IMG/VR virus record: IMGVR_UViG_3300027816_000052 | Span: 186,001-250,000 of that record | Direction: 5' to 3' (one strand) | DNA: 64,000 nucleotides | Shown here: in pieces, positions 29,363 through 39,720 of the stretch | How positions within the stretch are numbered: the stretch's first letter is position 1 | Layout of the letters: every line of letters starts with the position of its first letter | Position numbers and translations under genes: made by a program | Notes under the pieces: model-generated | The model's database searches: none | Told to the model about the DNA's origin: nothing | What the model saw: only the letters and a program-made list of their open reading frames with translations

Positions 29363-29779
29363 ATGGATTTCTTTAAAGAATTAAATAATATATTTGAATT
29401 TCTATTTTCAATAAGAAAATTAGAGAAATATCTAGCAATAGATGTAAAATTTCCATCTAAATGGGTTATACCAAAATCAGTCATTGAGGATTCTAAAGTT
29501 GTTGAAAATGAGAATCAAGATAGTGAGTTTAGATTTTTTTCATTTGTTTCAGAATTTAAGGAAGAGTCTTTAAGTAATACGCTTAAGAATATAAAAACAA
29601 TAATTAGGATAAATAGGGAACGTGAAGATAAAGAAAAATTATTTAAAAATAAAGTTAATGAATTGAAAGCTTTGTTTGATCAAAATAATTTAGATTCTTT
29701 AAAATTATTGAAAATTGAAGTTATAAAAGAAATATCCGAAGACGATGGAGAACTCAAAATTGATGACGTGGTACAATAA
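29363..29779 (+). CDS. Hypothetical protein
   Basis: 138-aa ORF. Confidence 0.65.
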   Translation: MDFFKELNNIFEFLFSIRKLEKYLAIDVKFPSKWVIPKSVIEDSKVVENENQDSEFRFFSFVSEFKEESLSNTLKNIKTIIRINREREDKEKLFKNKVNELKALFDQNNLDSLKLLKIEVIKEISEDDGELKIDDVVQ

Positions 29780-29924
29780 CCAGATTGAGAAAGATAAAAT
29801 TGAGCTTGAATTTGAAAAGCAAAAAATTATCCAACAACTAAAATTAGTGAAAAAAGAAGAATTAATTCATAAACAAAAACCAATCTCAATATGGAATCGA
29901 ATAATAAAAGTACTAGGATTTTAA
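29763..29924 (+). CDS. Small hypothetical protein (53 aa, not in the track)
   Basis: MTWYNNQIEKDKIELEFEKQK...; fills the gap between two genes. Confidence 0.5.
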   Translation: MTWYNNQIEKDKIELEFEKQKIIQQLKLVKKEELIHKQKPISIWNRIIKVLGF

Positions 29925-30112
29925 ATGATTTAGCAGAAATAACAGATAAACTTCAGAACTTACTGGAGGGTAAAACAACCGTTGTTTTTGAACTAAAAGA
30001 AGGTGTTTACAATAGTGTCTTAACTGAATTAAATGGAATGGTAATAACAAATAATCAATTTAAAATCGATATTTCAGGTACTGATTTCATTTTTTTGAAG
30101 GATGAGTTGTAA
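29891..30112 (+). CDS. Hypothetical protein
   Basis: 73-aa ORF. Confidence 0.55.
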   Translation: MESNNKSTRILNDLAEITDKLQNLLEGKTTVVFELKEGVYNSVLTELNGMVITNNQFKIDISGTDFIFLKDEL

Positions 30113-30728
30113 ATTTTCTATATAATGCTTGTTTATCATAACCAGCATCAATTAATAGGTTATATAAATACTTTCTTTGTAGTGTATCTATATCTCTAAC
30201 AAAAAGAGTATCAACTCTTCGATTCTCCAAAAAAATAGAGCTTAATATTAATATAAATCTATTAGCATCATCTTCACTTTTTAATGAAAAAAGATTAATT
30301 TTTTCTTCATTTTGAACAATAATTTTATGGTTTAGTTTGGAAACCATTTTTATATTTTTTTTAGGTAAATACCGGCCTATAAACTCAGTTAAAAATATTC
30401 TTTTTTGATTTTTAATATCAAAAATTTGTTCTTCTAAGTTATACGGACTTAACTCTATAATTTCTCTTGTATTATCCTCCAACTCAATTTTAATTGACCT
30501 ACCCACAGAATCTCTTTTATATAATATATTATGTTTTGTGTTTTTAATTCCAACAATAGCTAATTCGTGCTCTATTGGTCGTCCAGTTTCAATTAATTTC
30601 GGAAATTTAATTAATTCACTTTCTTTTATTTTTTTCTTAAAAAAATCTTTTGCGCGATTGAAAGTGTTAAATTTCTTTATTATTTTTCTTTGTTTTTTAT
30701 TTTTAAATAAAACTATTAAGTAATTCAT
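30087..30728 (-). CDS. Hypothetical protein
   Basis: Likely start MNYLIVLF at 30728. Confidence 0.65.
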   Translation of the reverse strand: MNYLIVLFKNKKQRKIIKKFNTFNRAKDFFKKKIKESELIKFPKLIETGRPIEHELAIVGIKNTKHNILYKRDSVGRSIKIELEDNTREIIELSPYNLEEQIFDIKNQKRIFLTEFIGRYLPKKNIKMVSKLNHKIIVQNEEKINLFSLKSEDDANRFILILSSIFLENRRVDTLFVRDIDTLQRKYLYNLLIDAGYDKQALYRKFTTHPSKK

Positions 30729-30731
30729 ATC

Positions 30732-31658
30732 ATGAAAGATTATTATCAAATTTTAGGAGTACCAGAAACAGCATCAGTTGACGAGATAAAAAAATCTTAT
30801 CGTAAAATGAGTAAACAATATCATCCAGATGTAAATCCAAATGGTGCTGATAAATTTAAAGAAATTAGTGAGGCGTATGAGAATTTATCCGATTCAGAAA
30901 AAAGAAACGTGTATGATAATCAAAGGAAAAATCCATTTGGTTTTTCTAGTGGTGCTGGAGATATTAACGATTTATTAAATCATCTATTTAATCAAAATAG
31001 AACCAGAAGACCTTCTGCACCTGAGAAAATTATTACTGTTTCTATCGGTGTTGTTGATTCTTTTTTGGGGATAAATAAACCAATTACATATTTAAGAAAT
31101 ATTGCATGTAATTCTTGTAATGGAAATGGTGGAGAACGAAAAAAATGTTCAGATTGTTCCGGTTCCGGTACCAAACTAAAAAGAACTGGAAACGGATTTT
31201 TTTCACAAACAATCCAAACAATATGTGATACTTGCTCCGGTAATGGATCTACCATTGTTAATCCCTGCTTTAGTTGTTCAGGTAATGGATTTAAAACACA
31301 GACAGATAATCTTAATATGAATTTACCAATTGGTGTTCAAAACGGGTCACTATACAGAGTTCAAGGTAAAGGAGATTTTAAAAATAGTATGTATGGAGAT
31401 TTAATAATTAAAGTTAATATTGAACCTCAAAATAATTTTGAACGTATAGATAATGATCTTGTTTATACTAAAATCTTTACATTAGACGAGTTAAATCTGG
31501 ATAAGATAGAAATACCTCACCCAAGCGGTAATCTAACGATTACGCTACCGGAAACATTCGACACGTCAATTCCTCTAAGAGTTAAGGGTAAGGGTTTTAG
31601 AGGAAGTGGACATCTAGGTGACTTATTGATAAAGAAAGTCGTTAGATTTAAAAAGTAA
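30732..31658 (+). CDS. dnaJ: DnaJ chaperone
   Basis: J domain with HPD, four CxxCxGxG repeats and a C-terminal domain. Confidence 0.93.
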   Translation: MKDYYQILGVPETASVDEIKKSYRKMSKQYHPDVNPNGADKFKEISEAYENLSDSEKRNVYDNQRKNPFGFSSGAGDINDLLNHLFNQNRTRRPSAPEKIITVSIGVVDSFLGINKPITYLRNIACNSCNGNGGERKKCSDCSGSGTKLKRTGNGFFSQTIQTICDTCSGNGSTIVNPCFSCSGNGFKTQTDNLNMNLPIGVQNGSLYRVQGKGDFKNSMYGDLIIKVNIEPQNNFERIDNDLVYTKIFTLDELNLDKIEIPHPSGNLTITLPETFDTSIPLRVKGKGFRGSGHLGDLLIKKVVRFKK

Positions 31659-31806
31659 TACTAAGATAATTAATTAATTTTTTAAAAAATAAATAATTAC
31701 CATAAATCGATGTTAGTGATATGTAAATGGCAAGTAAAACCAACGGGTTTTGGAACTTCACCGGCGATTTCTTACATTTGCTACAAGTTTTTTTATTTGT
31801 TTCCAT
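31648..31806 (-). CDS. Small membrane protein with CxxC (52 aa, not in the track)
   Basis: METNKKTCSKCKKSPVKFQNPLVLLAIYISLTSIYG... Confidence 0.5.
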   Translation of the reverse strand: METNKKTCSKCKKSPVKFQNPLVLLAIYISLTSIYGNYLFFKKLINYLSITF

Positions 31807-31894
31807 TTTTTTATAAAAAAATATTTATTTATATAAAAATTTAAAGGGAAATGCTAATATTTATTAATAAATTAATTTAAAATTATAAAATCTA

Positions 31895-33883
31895 ATGAAA
31901 ACATTAGAAGTTCTTAAAAAAATTCTAGTACAAGAATCCACCATTTTGTTAAATGAATTGTCTAGTGGAATTAAAAAAACGATGTTAGACAAATTTAAAC
32001 AAGAAACTGATGATTCCGATGAAAATATCGTTAATATTATTAATTCATTTGAGAATTACCAACAATCACTAGAACCATCACAGAGAGATATTACTAAATA
32101 TAACTATGAGGATTTAAAATCATTAGTTAAAGAAAAAGAAAGTGAAAAAGAATCAAAAAAACAAAAAGAAAATATTATTTCTTACTTTAAGAAAGTAATG
32201 GGCGGAACGGTTGACCCAATGCTAAAGAAAACTGTAAAATATTTTAATGAAATTAAAGACGAATTATCTGAAAAAGATTCGAACTTTAAAAATTTTAAAG
32301 ATTTTGAATCTTTTAAAGAAATGGTTCAAAGTAACTATTCAAAAATAATCTATGATAAGATTTCAAAAAAAATAAAAAATATAGACGAAAACATATTACT
32401 TGCAAGTATAAGTTTTTTTACTGAAAATATGTTTAGTATACCTCTTGAAGCAAAAAGTTTATTAGACTTTAAAAACGAGCAAGAGTTTGAATATTTTTTT
32501 GATGATTTATATCGAACTTTTGGGCAAACTAAAAAAAGTGATTTTTCAGGTGAAGAAAAATATAGTAGTATAAAAAAAATATATAATAAAGATAATTTAC
32601 TTATCTTTGAACCAGAAAGCAAAGAGCAGTGTGTTAGATTAGGTTCCGATAAAGCATCTTGGTGTATATCTAGACCACCTCAAGACTCAAATTATTATTA
32701 TTCATACAGATTTGGTTCGATGGGTAAAGAAAGAACAATGTACTTTGTTTTTGATTTAAATGAGGAAGAGCCAATAAATAAATATTTTGTTATTTTAGTT
32801 GACGATGATACTAATTATTATCTTGCTGACATAACAAATAGTGGTAATTTCTCAGGAAGTCGCATTACCAGTTGGGATACGATTGTAGAAAAAATACCAA
32901 GAATTAAAAATTTAAGAAATTTATTTATTTGGAGACCATTTAGTGAAGAGGAATTAATTATGGTTAATAGACTTCAAAATATATCTAGTTCAGCGGTTGG
33001 AGAAAATCCTATCGAATATTTTAATAGAATAGCGGCGGAAGTTAATAAAAAACCGGAGGAAGTAACGGGAATGTGGCTTGAAATAGGTTCACCAACTTTA
33101 ACTACGGAACAATATTTAAATTTAACATCGGATTTAATGAAAAAATATTTATCCTATGCTAATGATAGAAATATTACTAAAGAAATGATTTCTGGAAGTC
33201 CATCTACTGTTAGAAGTTATTATATCAATAGACGATTTGAGCATATTAAACATGCATCAATAAAAGATTTAACACCTAGCGATTTTGTTCTACTTAAACT
33301 GAACCTTCCAAAAATGAAAGAACTTAGACTTCAGAAAATAAAAGAACTAGCCAACTCGATTAAAACCTCATCAAATAAATTAAGTTCAAATGAAATTGAA
33401 TTCTTATTATTACCAGAAATGGCAACAATAAAAAACTCAATGAGGAAGGAAATAATATCAAGTATTTCAGAATTTAATACTAATAGTGTTGATATAAAAT
33501 TACCGGACGCTGAAATTACAAAAGTAATTAGATTATACCCTGATTACAATATATTTGAAACAATCCCAGAAAGTGTTGAAATTATTAATATTGAAAACAA
33601 TGATAAAAATATAAATATAGCTATAGATATTCCAGATAATATTGGTAACTTTACTAACTTAAGAATTTTAACTCTAAGGAGAGTTTTGAAAACTTTACCA
33701 GAAACAATTGTAAATTGTGAAAATTTAGAATTTTTTAGCATATCAGATAATCCAAACCTAGTAAAATTACCCGAATCGCTATTAGAAATGAAATCTGTTC
33801 AATGGGTGGATTTAGCGGATTTACCTAATTTGGATAAAAGAAGTGAGGAAATTAAAAACATATTAGTTATTAAATATGCATAA
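31895..33883 (+). CDS. Protein with a WCI domain (paralog 3) and C-terminal leucine-rich repeats
   Basis: LIFEPESKEQCVRLGSDKASWCIS; IPDNIGNFTNLRILTL, LPETIVNCENLEFFSI and LPESLLEMKSV. Confidence 0.7.
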   Translation: MKTLEVLKKILVQESTILLNELSSGIKKTMLDKFKQETDDSDENIVNIINSFENYQQSLEPSQRDITKYNYEDLKSLVKEKESEKESKKQKENIISYFKKVMGGTVDPMLKKTVKYFNEIKDELSEKDSNFKNFKDFESFKEMVQSNYSKIIYDKISKKIKNIDENILLASISFFTENMFSIPLEAKSLLDFKNEQEFEYFFDDLYRTFGQTKKSDFSGEEKYSSIKKIYNKDNLLIFEPESKEQCVRLGSDKASWCISRPPQDSNYYYSYRFGSMGKERTMYFVFDLNEEEPINKYFVILVDDDTNYYLADITNSGNFSGSRITSWDTIVEKIPRIKNLRNLFIWRPFSEEELIMVNRLQNISSSAVGENPIEYFNRIAAEVNKKPEEVTGMWLEIGSPTLTTEQYLNLTSDLMKKYLSYANDRNITKEMISGSPSTVRSYYINRRFEHIKHASIKDLTPSDFVLLKLNLPKMKELRLQKIKELANSIKTSSNKLSSNEIEFLLLPEMATIKNSMRKEIISSISEFNTNSVDIKLPDAEITKVIRLYPDYNIFETIPESVEIINIENNDKNINIAIDIPDNIGNFTNLRILTLRRVLKTLPETIVNCENLEFFSISDNPNLVKLPESLLEMKSVQWVDLADLPNLDKRSEEIKNILVIKYA

Positions 33884-34148
33884 AAATATTGAGGTTGAAA
33901 TTTATTTAAATAATATAATTAATTTTTTTGAAAAAAATCCTAATGATTTATTGGCTTTAATTGGTGAGTCCGATAGAGAAAAATTTTATGAAGAAATCAA
34001 GAATAAATCCTATGAAAATTATGCAGAAACCAAAGAAGCCGAATTAACCAAAAAACAATTAATTGAAATTGTGGTCGCATTAACCACAAACAAAAAAATA
34101 GACAAGACATTCATTTCAACTAAGATTGGTCAAATTTGTTTAAATTAA
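33876..34148 (+). CDS. Hypothetical protein
   Basis: 90-aa ORF. Confidence 0.6.
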   Translation: MHKNIEVEIYLNNIINFFEKNPNDLLALIGESDREKFYEEIKNKSYENYAETKEAELTKKQLIEIVVALTTNKKIDKTFISTKIGQICLN

Positions 34149-34153
34149 TTAAA

Positions 34154-34519
34154 ATGTATAACGAAACTACCACTTTATTTTTTAAAAATGATTATGAAAT
34201 ATTGAATCTATTAAAGGGAAATGATAAATTTTTTCATTCCGTCATTAGTTTTGGTGAAAGTTTTAAAATCAAATATCAAGATTTATTAAAGAACGATAAT
34301 AAGTTATATTTTGAATATAAAAATGTTAATAGTATTAATGAATTTAAAATTGATAGTGAGGAGATAATCATAAAAACAACTCAAAATCTGTTTATATACT
34401 TTAAGTCAATTAATGGTGAAACGAAAATTAAAATTTTTTATAAACCAGAAAATATTAATGATTTAAATCTATTCATAATGGGTTTAAAAAAAATTGCAAA
34501 AAATAATGAAAACAAATAA
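34154..34519 (+). CDS. Hypothetical protein
   Basis: ATG at 34154. Confidence 0.6.
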   Translation: MYNETTTLFFKNDYEILNLLKGNDKFFHSVISFGESFKIKYQDLLKNDNKLYFEYKNVNSINEFKIDSEEIIIKTTQNLFIYFKSINGETKIKIFYKPENINDLNLFIMGLKKIAKNNENK

Positions 34520-34784
34520 AATATTGGTTGTTTATACAATGAAAGGTTGTCCTTTTTGCGACATAATGAAAAATATGTTATCTGAGAATAATATTACATA
34601 TCATGATTTGGATATTGATGAAAATGAGTTGGAATATGATTTGTTTAAGGAGGTAACACAAAACGAGTTTGTTCCCGCGTTTATGATAATTGAAGAAGGT
34701 ACAACAAAAGCAGAACTTTTTGCTCCAAGTAGAGATTATAATGAAATAAGTGAGGCTATTGAAATTATTAAAAAAAGAATTTAA
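34506..34784 (+). CDS. Glutaredoxin
   Basis: YTMKGCPFC active site and a VP motif. Confidence 0.85.
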   Translation: MKTNKILVVYTMKGCPFCDIMKNMLSENNITYHDLDIDENELEYDLFKEVTQNEFVPAFMIIEEGTTKAELFAPSRDYNEISEAIEIIKKRI

Positions 34785-34787
34785 TTT

Positions 34788-35546
34788 TTAGTCTTCTTTT
34801 CTCTTGTTCTGATATATATAACTCATAAGTTTTCTTTTAAAAATGGGGGCCAGCGTACCAGAAACAGGGAAGTTCTGTGTTGAAAACATTTCAATAACTG
34901 GTAGTGAGTTAACAACTTCTTGATTAAATGTTGTGTATTTTTTTATAGTTCTTAGTGGACTCTTAATTTCAGTTTCAATCTCAAGAATTAAATTAAATAT
35001 ACATTTGTTATCTATACTTTTTATTTCGTTTTCAATTGAGTATTCCCAAATATAATTTTTCTTATTAAATAAATTCTTATAAATAACAAAACCTTTATTC
35101 AAATCACAATTTGATTTATTTCTTTTAAATCTTAAGTTTGTGGATTCAAACGCTAATGTCCACATTGATTTTGCAACAGAAAAATATTCATAAATTCTGA
35201 GTCCAAAAAATTTATTTATTTTTATTAATTCTAAATTCTCATTTGGTGAAAAATCTGGAATTTTAATACTCTTTAATTCATTTATCAAAAGTTCATCATC
35301 CGCAGATTTGAATACTTTATCTGTATAAAATATTTTGTGTTCTTTTTCAAGAACATGAGCATTTGCAAAATGTAATGACAATTCTATAAAATATGGATAA
35401 ATTTCACCTTGACTGAATTTTTCCTCACATTTCTTTAAAAATGATAAAAGGACATATTTTTTATGTTCAAAATCGATTGGTTGTTGAATAATCCAATCAG
35501 GACTCAACATGAAATTTACTTTAGATTCTTCTTTTTTTGTTTCCAT
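34788..35546 (-). CDS. Hypothetical protein
   Basis: 252-aa ORF, PIDFEHKKYVLL. Confidence 0.65.
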   Translation of the reverse strand: METKKEESKVNFMLSPDWIIQQPIDFEHKKYVLLSFLKKCEEKFSQGEIYPYFIELSLHFANAHVLEKEHKIFYTDKVFKSADDELLINELKSIKIPDFSPNENLELIKINKFFGLRIYEYFSVAKSMWTLAFESTNLRFKRNKSNCDLNKGFVIYKNLFNKKNYIWEYSIENEIKSIDNKCIFNLILEIETEIKSPLRTIKKYTTFNQEVVNSLPVIEMFSTQNFPVSGTLAPIFKRKLMSYIYQNKRKED

Positions 35547-35576
35547 AAAAACAAAATAATTTTTTTGTTAAAAAAA

Positions 35577-36626
35577 TCAATCTATTCTCGCAATATAATA
35601 GTCGTTTAAATTAATTCTTTGTTCACCAATATTATTGTAATATTGATCTAAGAAATCAAAACCATCACTTTCTATAATATCAGCAACAAAATCCTTAAGT
35701 ATTAAGTAATCATTTATCTTATTTTCCATACCATTATCCTTATAAAATTGAATAATATCTTCTCTAGCCAATTCAGAATAAAAATCAATTCTTTCTGAAA
35801 TTACATCTTCATTATATCCACCATCTTCATCAATATCATCAGGATCAATTCCCCATCCTTCTGGGTCATCATATATTGCATCTGAAATATATTCTAATGC
35901 GTCTTTTAACATTTGTTTTTTATTTAAATACGGTTCAATCACATCAATATCAAGACTATCAACAATGGTTTCAATTTCATCTTTTTTAAATTCTATTGCT
36001 GTACCTTCTGTTTCATAATATGTTCCAACCGCCCACTCACTATTATCTAATTTTGGTATTTCAAATCGAAACATTTTTTCGTATTTAGTTGGTTCTGGAA
36101 TGATATCATAAACATCAAAATTATTGATATTATCAAATTCTGAGTCATCAAAGGTTTTGGTTATATATTTGTATAAAGCATTTGCTCTTTCTCCAACACT
36201 ATCTTTAGCTACTAAATCAAGATTCCATTCATTATTGTCTCTTCTTTTTTTACTTCCCAACTCTATACTAGGATAAAAATTACCTCTTATTAATGTTACA
36301 TCTTCAGGTAAATTGACAATACTTGTGTCTCTAGCGTCTATATTTCCACGAACCGTTAAATTTTTTGGTAACTCTATTAAATTTTTTGCCATTAGTATCA
36401 AACTACCATTTATATTTAAGTTATCCGGTAATTTTGTTAGTTCATTGTTATAAATTGATAAAGACATCGGAATATCAATTCTATCATAATTTTTTTTGTT
36501 TAAAAAGTTAATTATTTTATTAATATCATTGTTAAACACCGTCCACATAGGCTGGTTTAGTACAAAAACATTTTTATTGAATTCCTCTTTAATCGCTTCT
36601 TTAATTAATTTTAATCTCTCTTTCAT
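35577..36626 (-). CDS. Protein with N-terminal LP-x-N-L LRR-like repeats and an acidic C-terminus
   Basis: LTKLPDNLNINGSLIL and LIELPKNLTVRGNIDA. Confidence 0.7.
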   Translation of the reverse strand: MKERLKLIKEAIKEEFNKNVFVLNQPMWTVFNNDINKIINFLNKKNYDRIDIPMSLSIYNNELTKLPDNLNINGSLILMAKNLIELPKNLTVRGNIDARDTSIVNLPEDVTLIRGNFYPSIELGSKKRRDNNEWNLDLVAKDSVGERANALYKYITKTFDDSEFDNINNFDVYDIIPEPTKYEKMFRFEIPKLDNSEWAVGTYYETEGTAIEFKKDEIETIVDSLDIDVIEPYLNKKQMLKDALEYISDAIYDDPEGWGIDPDDIDEDGGYNEDVISERIDFYSELAREDIIQFYKDNGMENKINDYLILKDFVADIIESDGFDFLDQYYNNIGEQRINLNDYYIARID

Positions 36627-36654
36627 CGTTTAATCTTTATTTATTCCAAATCCT

Positions 36655-36685
36655 AGAATATTTATTATATAAATAAATATCTTAA
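36655..36685. promoter_or_regulatory. Back-to-back late-type motifs serving divergent genes
   Basis: ATATTTAT on + before 36698 and GATATTTAT on - before 36626. Confidence 0.5.
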
Positions 36686-36697
36686 AAATAATTAAAC

Positions 36698-36835
36698 ATG
36701 GGCTGCGGATGCAAAAATAAGACAACAACTCAACAACAACAGACACAACAGCAAGTTCAACAAGCTGTTCAATCAAATTCTAAAGTTGTAAGTGAATCAA
36801 TTAAGAACACAATTCAAAAGTACTATAAGCGTTAA
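36698..36835 (+). CDS. Small MGCGC/Gln-rich peptide (45 aa, not in the track)
   Basis: MGCGCKNKTTTQQQQ...; TAATG-coupled to the next gene; ATATTTAT upstream. Confidence 0.6.
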   Translation: MGCGCKNKTTTQQQQTQQQVQQAVQSNSKVVSESIKNTIQKYYKR

Positions 36836-37659
36836 TGGGTGACACAATACGTCATAGATTGGATATTGCGACAAAACGCAATATTAAAAACTTAATTCCC
36901 AAAATTTTTAAACTTAAAAAGAAAAAAAAAGTTTTTAATCGGGAAAAAGTTGATGATATTGTTGTTAGGGTTGACGATGGGACAATGTATGAGGTTACTG
37001 TTTATTTGGACACATCTATAAATCATTATGCTCACGTTCAAGATGTAAGTACAAATAAAAAATTGTTTGATATTGAACTTATTGTAAATCCTTTACTAAT
37101 TAAATCTGATAAGGATTTATATAATAAACTATATCATGAGTTTTTACATGCAACGGACCCTGATTTAACAACGTCACAAACTGATGAGTATTTAAGTTAT
37201 TATGATAGTAAAAACGTTGAAACTTATTACGGTACCAGCATAGAATTTAGAGCGTGGACGGGCGAAATTCTAGAAGCATTACATAATGAAATTTTGAATG
37301 AATTAAATTATGTTAATAATAGAGAAGAATTAAATGATTTAAAAAATACTCTAAAAAACATTGTTGTACATCTTGCTGAAGGATATGAAATACTACCAAA
37401 AGCAAAAAAAATAATAAGAAAAATGTCTGGTAGAGAGGAAAATGTTGACGATTTTACTAATTTACTTGAAAAGCTAAAGTTAACATCTGAATTTCAACAC
37501 CTAATTGAACCATTTGATGATGAAATTATACCAGAATATTTAGTCGTTTTAAATTTATTTAAAGAATATAATCAACCTTTATGGGATAATTTTATTAAAC
37601 AATTAAAACATTTATATGATGAGTTATCCGAAATAATTGATAACTTTGAATTTAGTTGA
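36835..37659 (+). CDS. Hypothetical protein with an HExxH motif
   Basis: LYHEFLHATD, a possible zinc-metallopeptidase-like site. Confidence 0.55.
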   Translation: MGDTIRHRLDIATKRNIKNLIPKIFKLKKKKKVFNREKVDDIVVRVDDGTMYEVTVYLDTSINHYAHVQDVSTNKKLFDIELIVNPLLIKSDKDLYNKLYHEFLHATDPDLTTSQTDEYLSYYDSKNVETYYGTSIEFRAWTGEILEALHNEILNELNYVNNREELNDLKNTLKNIVVHLAEGYEILPKAKKIIRKMSGREENVDDFTNLLEKLKLTSEFQHLIEPFDDEIIPEYLVVLNLFKEYNQPLWDNFIKQLKHLYDELSEIIDNFEFS

Positions 37660-37699
37660 CAATTTAAGTTGTTTTTTTTATTTTTCTGTAAAATTTTAG

Positions 37700-37933
37700 A
37701 TGGAAAATAAAGAAATGGTTAACCACCCAAATCATTATGGTGGAAAAGAAAATGTCTATGAAGTGATAAAAGTTTGTGAAGCATGGTCTTTGGAAAAAGA
37801 CGCTTATCTTTTTAACGTAGTTAAATATGTCGCTAGATCAGGTAAAAAAGACCCCAATAAAGAGTTAGAGGATTTAAAAAAAGCAAAATTTTATTTGGAA
37901 AGGAAAATTTATCTTTTGGAAAATAAAAATTAA
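37700..37933 (+). CDS. DUF3310 family protein
   Basis: VNHPNHY, NVVKYVARSGKK and EDLKKAKFYL. Confidence 0.85.
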   Translation: MENKEMVNHPNHYGGKENVYEVIKVCEAWSLEKDAYLFNVVKYVARSGKKDPNKELEDLKKAKFYLERKIYLLENKN

Positions 37934-37975
37934 TAAATTATTCATAACGTCAGTATATTTATACAAAAAGATGTT

Positions 37976-39004
37976 ATGAAAGAATTAGAAATAAAATGGG
38001 GTTTACTATCTCTAGCTGAAAGAGAGTTTGTAGTTGAGACATTATTCTTATTACATCCAGAAAAGAAACAAGTAATTACCGAAGCTGCTTGGTGGAACAC
38101 GCTAGGGGATGTTGTAGGTATTTTTGACCCAACTGGGGTTGTTGATATTGTAAATGGGTTAGATTATATTCGACAAGGTGACCATTTATTTGGTATGTTG
38201 TCGATGATTTCAGCAATTCCCTATCTTGGAGATGTGTTTGCAAAACCCGTAATTGGTGTACTTAAACTAGGTGGTGAAGGAGCGAAGATTTTAAGAGGTG
38301 CTAAAACTAGTTCTGATTTAGCAAATGCTGGTAGAAAAGTACCTGAATTTGGTAAGTTGTTAAAAAATAGCGATGAAATCTTACCGAGACTTATTCAAAT
38401 TCTAAAGAAAGGCGAAAAAATACCCGTCATTGGTGGTCTTATGAAGGTTATTAATGAATGGATTACTCTTTTAGCGAAGGGTGCTAAAGAATATAAATTA
38501 GGTACAACCACAACTAAAACCGCAGCAAAAGGTGCGGTCGCTTCTGGTGAAAAAATAAGTCTTTTAAATACTATAAAAGATATTTTAAAACCCGGAGCAA
38601 AAACAAAAACGTTTAGAACGTACAAAGATTTAGACCCATCATTATGGTCAAAATATGTTGTTGGTGGGGTTGGTAGAATTTGGGGTAATAGATCAGTTAG
38701 ATCTTTGATGAGAAGAACTAAATGGTATTTAGGTTTACTTGATTATCTAGGTGTGGCTAATTTTATTGGTCCAGATGAGCTAGAAGCAAAACTTGGAAAA
38801 AACACAGTCCTTAACGGAATTGAAAAATATGCATCGACACCACAATCTACACAAGCTTGGAATAGTGATTTTTCTGGCTCTGAGATGACTAAAGATTTAG
38901 ATGTTGATAAGGAAGTAAAACCAGAAAAAGAACAAGAGAAATCTAGTTTAATACCTCAGACTGATGATATTCTTGGTATGATAATAAAACAATTATTTTT
39001 ATAA
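37976..39004 (+). CDS. Hypothetical late protein (possible membrane-inserting internal protein)
   Basis: GIFDPTGVVDIVNG and Gly-rich amphipathic helices. Confidence 0.6.
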   Translation: MKELEIKWGLLSLAEREFVVETLFLLHPEKKQVITEAAWWNTLGDVVGIFDPTGVVDIVNGLDYIRQGDHLFGMLSMISAIPYLGDVFAKPVIGVLKLGGEGAKILRGAKTSSDLANAGRKVPEFGKLLKNSDEILPRLIQILKKGEKIPVIGGLMKVINEWITLLAKGAKEYKLGTTTTKTAAKGAVASGEKISLLNTIKDILKPGAKTKTFRTYKDLDPSLWSKYVVGGVGRIWGNRSVRSLMRRTKWYLGLLDYLGVANFIGPDELEAKLGKNTVLNGIEKYASTPQSTQAWNSDFSGSEMTKDLDVDKEVKPEKEQEKSSLIPQTDDILGMIIKQLFL

Positions 39005-39007
39005 AAA

Positions 39008-39373
39008 ATGAAAGACACGATAGTTTTGACATTCGTTGAATTACAACAACAATTAAGAATTTTACATTGGCAAACAAAATCTTATGCAAAACATAACGCA
39101 TATGGTAAAACATATGATGAATTAAGTGGTTTGATTGATGACTTTGTTGAAATCTCTATGGGTAAATATGGAAGATTTGAATTAACAGATGGTACAATTG
39201 AGTTGTTTGACATAAAAAATATGTCACTTCAAGACTTTATAGATTCAGCAGTTGAGTTTTTAATTTCGTTAAGTGGTGAATTTTCAGGCGAAACAGACAC
39301 TGACTTATTAAATATAAGAGATGAAATGCTTGGTCAATTTAATAAACTAAAATATCTATTAACATTAGAATAA
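39008..39373 (+). CDS. DUF5856 family ferritin-like protein
   Basis: QLRILHWQT, HxAY...YDEL, DDFVE and KLKYLLTL. Confidence 0.75.
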   Translation: MKDTIVLTFVELQQQLRILHWQTKSYAKHNAYGKTYDELSGLIDDFVEISMGKYGRFELTDGTIELFDIKNMSLQDFIDSAVEFLISLSGEFSGETDTDLLNIRDEMLGQFNKLKYLLTLE

Positions 39374-39720
39374 TGGCTAAAATTATAATAACAGAAAAAC
39401 AATTAATTGATTTAAGAAAATCAATTGTTAATGAAGATGCAACCGGATTAAAACCGGGGGAACATCGTATTTGCAAGGGCGGTTATTCAGAATCTTGCTT
39501 AATGGAAACCGGTAATTTAAAATATAATGTAAAAGGCGATAAACCATATTTTGCATTAATATATAAAGTCGCATCTGGTGACACTATGAGCGGTATTTTA
39601 TCAAAGTTAAATAAAAAGGGTAATTTTATTATTAAGAATCCGATGGAACTCAATACACTTTTAAAGAATGAAAATGATTTAAAACCTAATGATGTTCTTC
39701 TTTTTAATTTTGAGGTTTAA
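39373..39720 (+). CDS. Protein with an N-terminal ITEKQL motif and a C-terminal LysM-like domain
   Basis: YKVASGDTMSGI...LKPNDVL. Confidence 0.55.
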   Translation: MAKIIITEKQLIDLRKSIVNEDATGLKPGEHRICKGGYSESCLMETGNLKYNVKGDKPYFALIYKVASGDTMSGILSKLNKKGNFIIKNPMELNTLLKNENDLKPNDVLLFNFEV

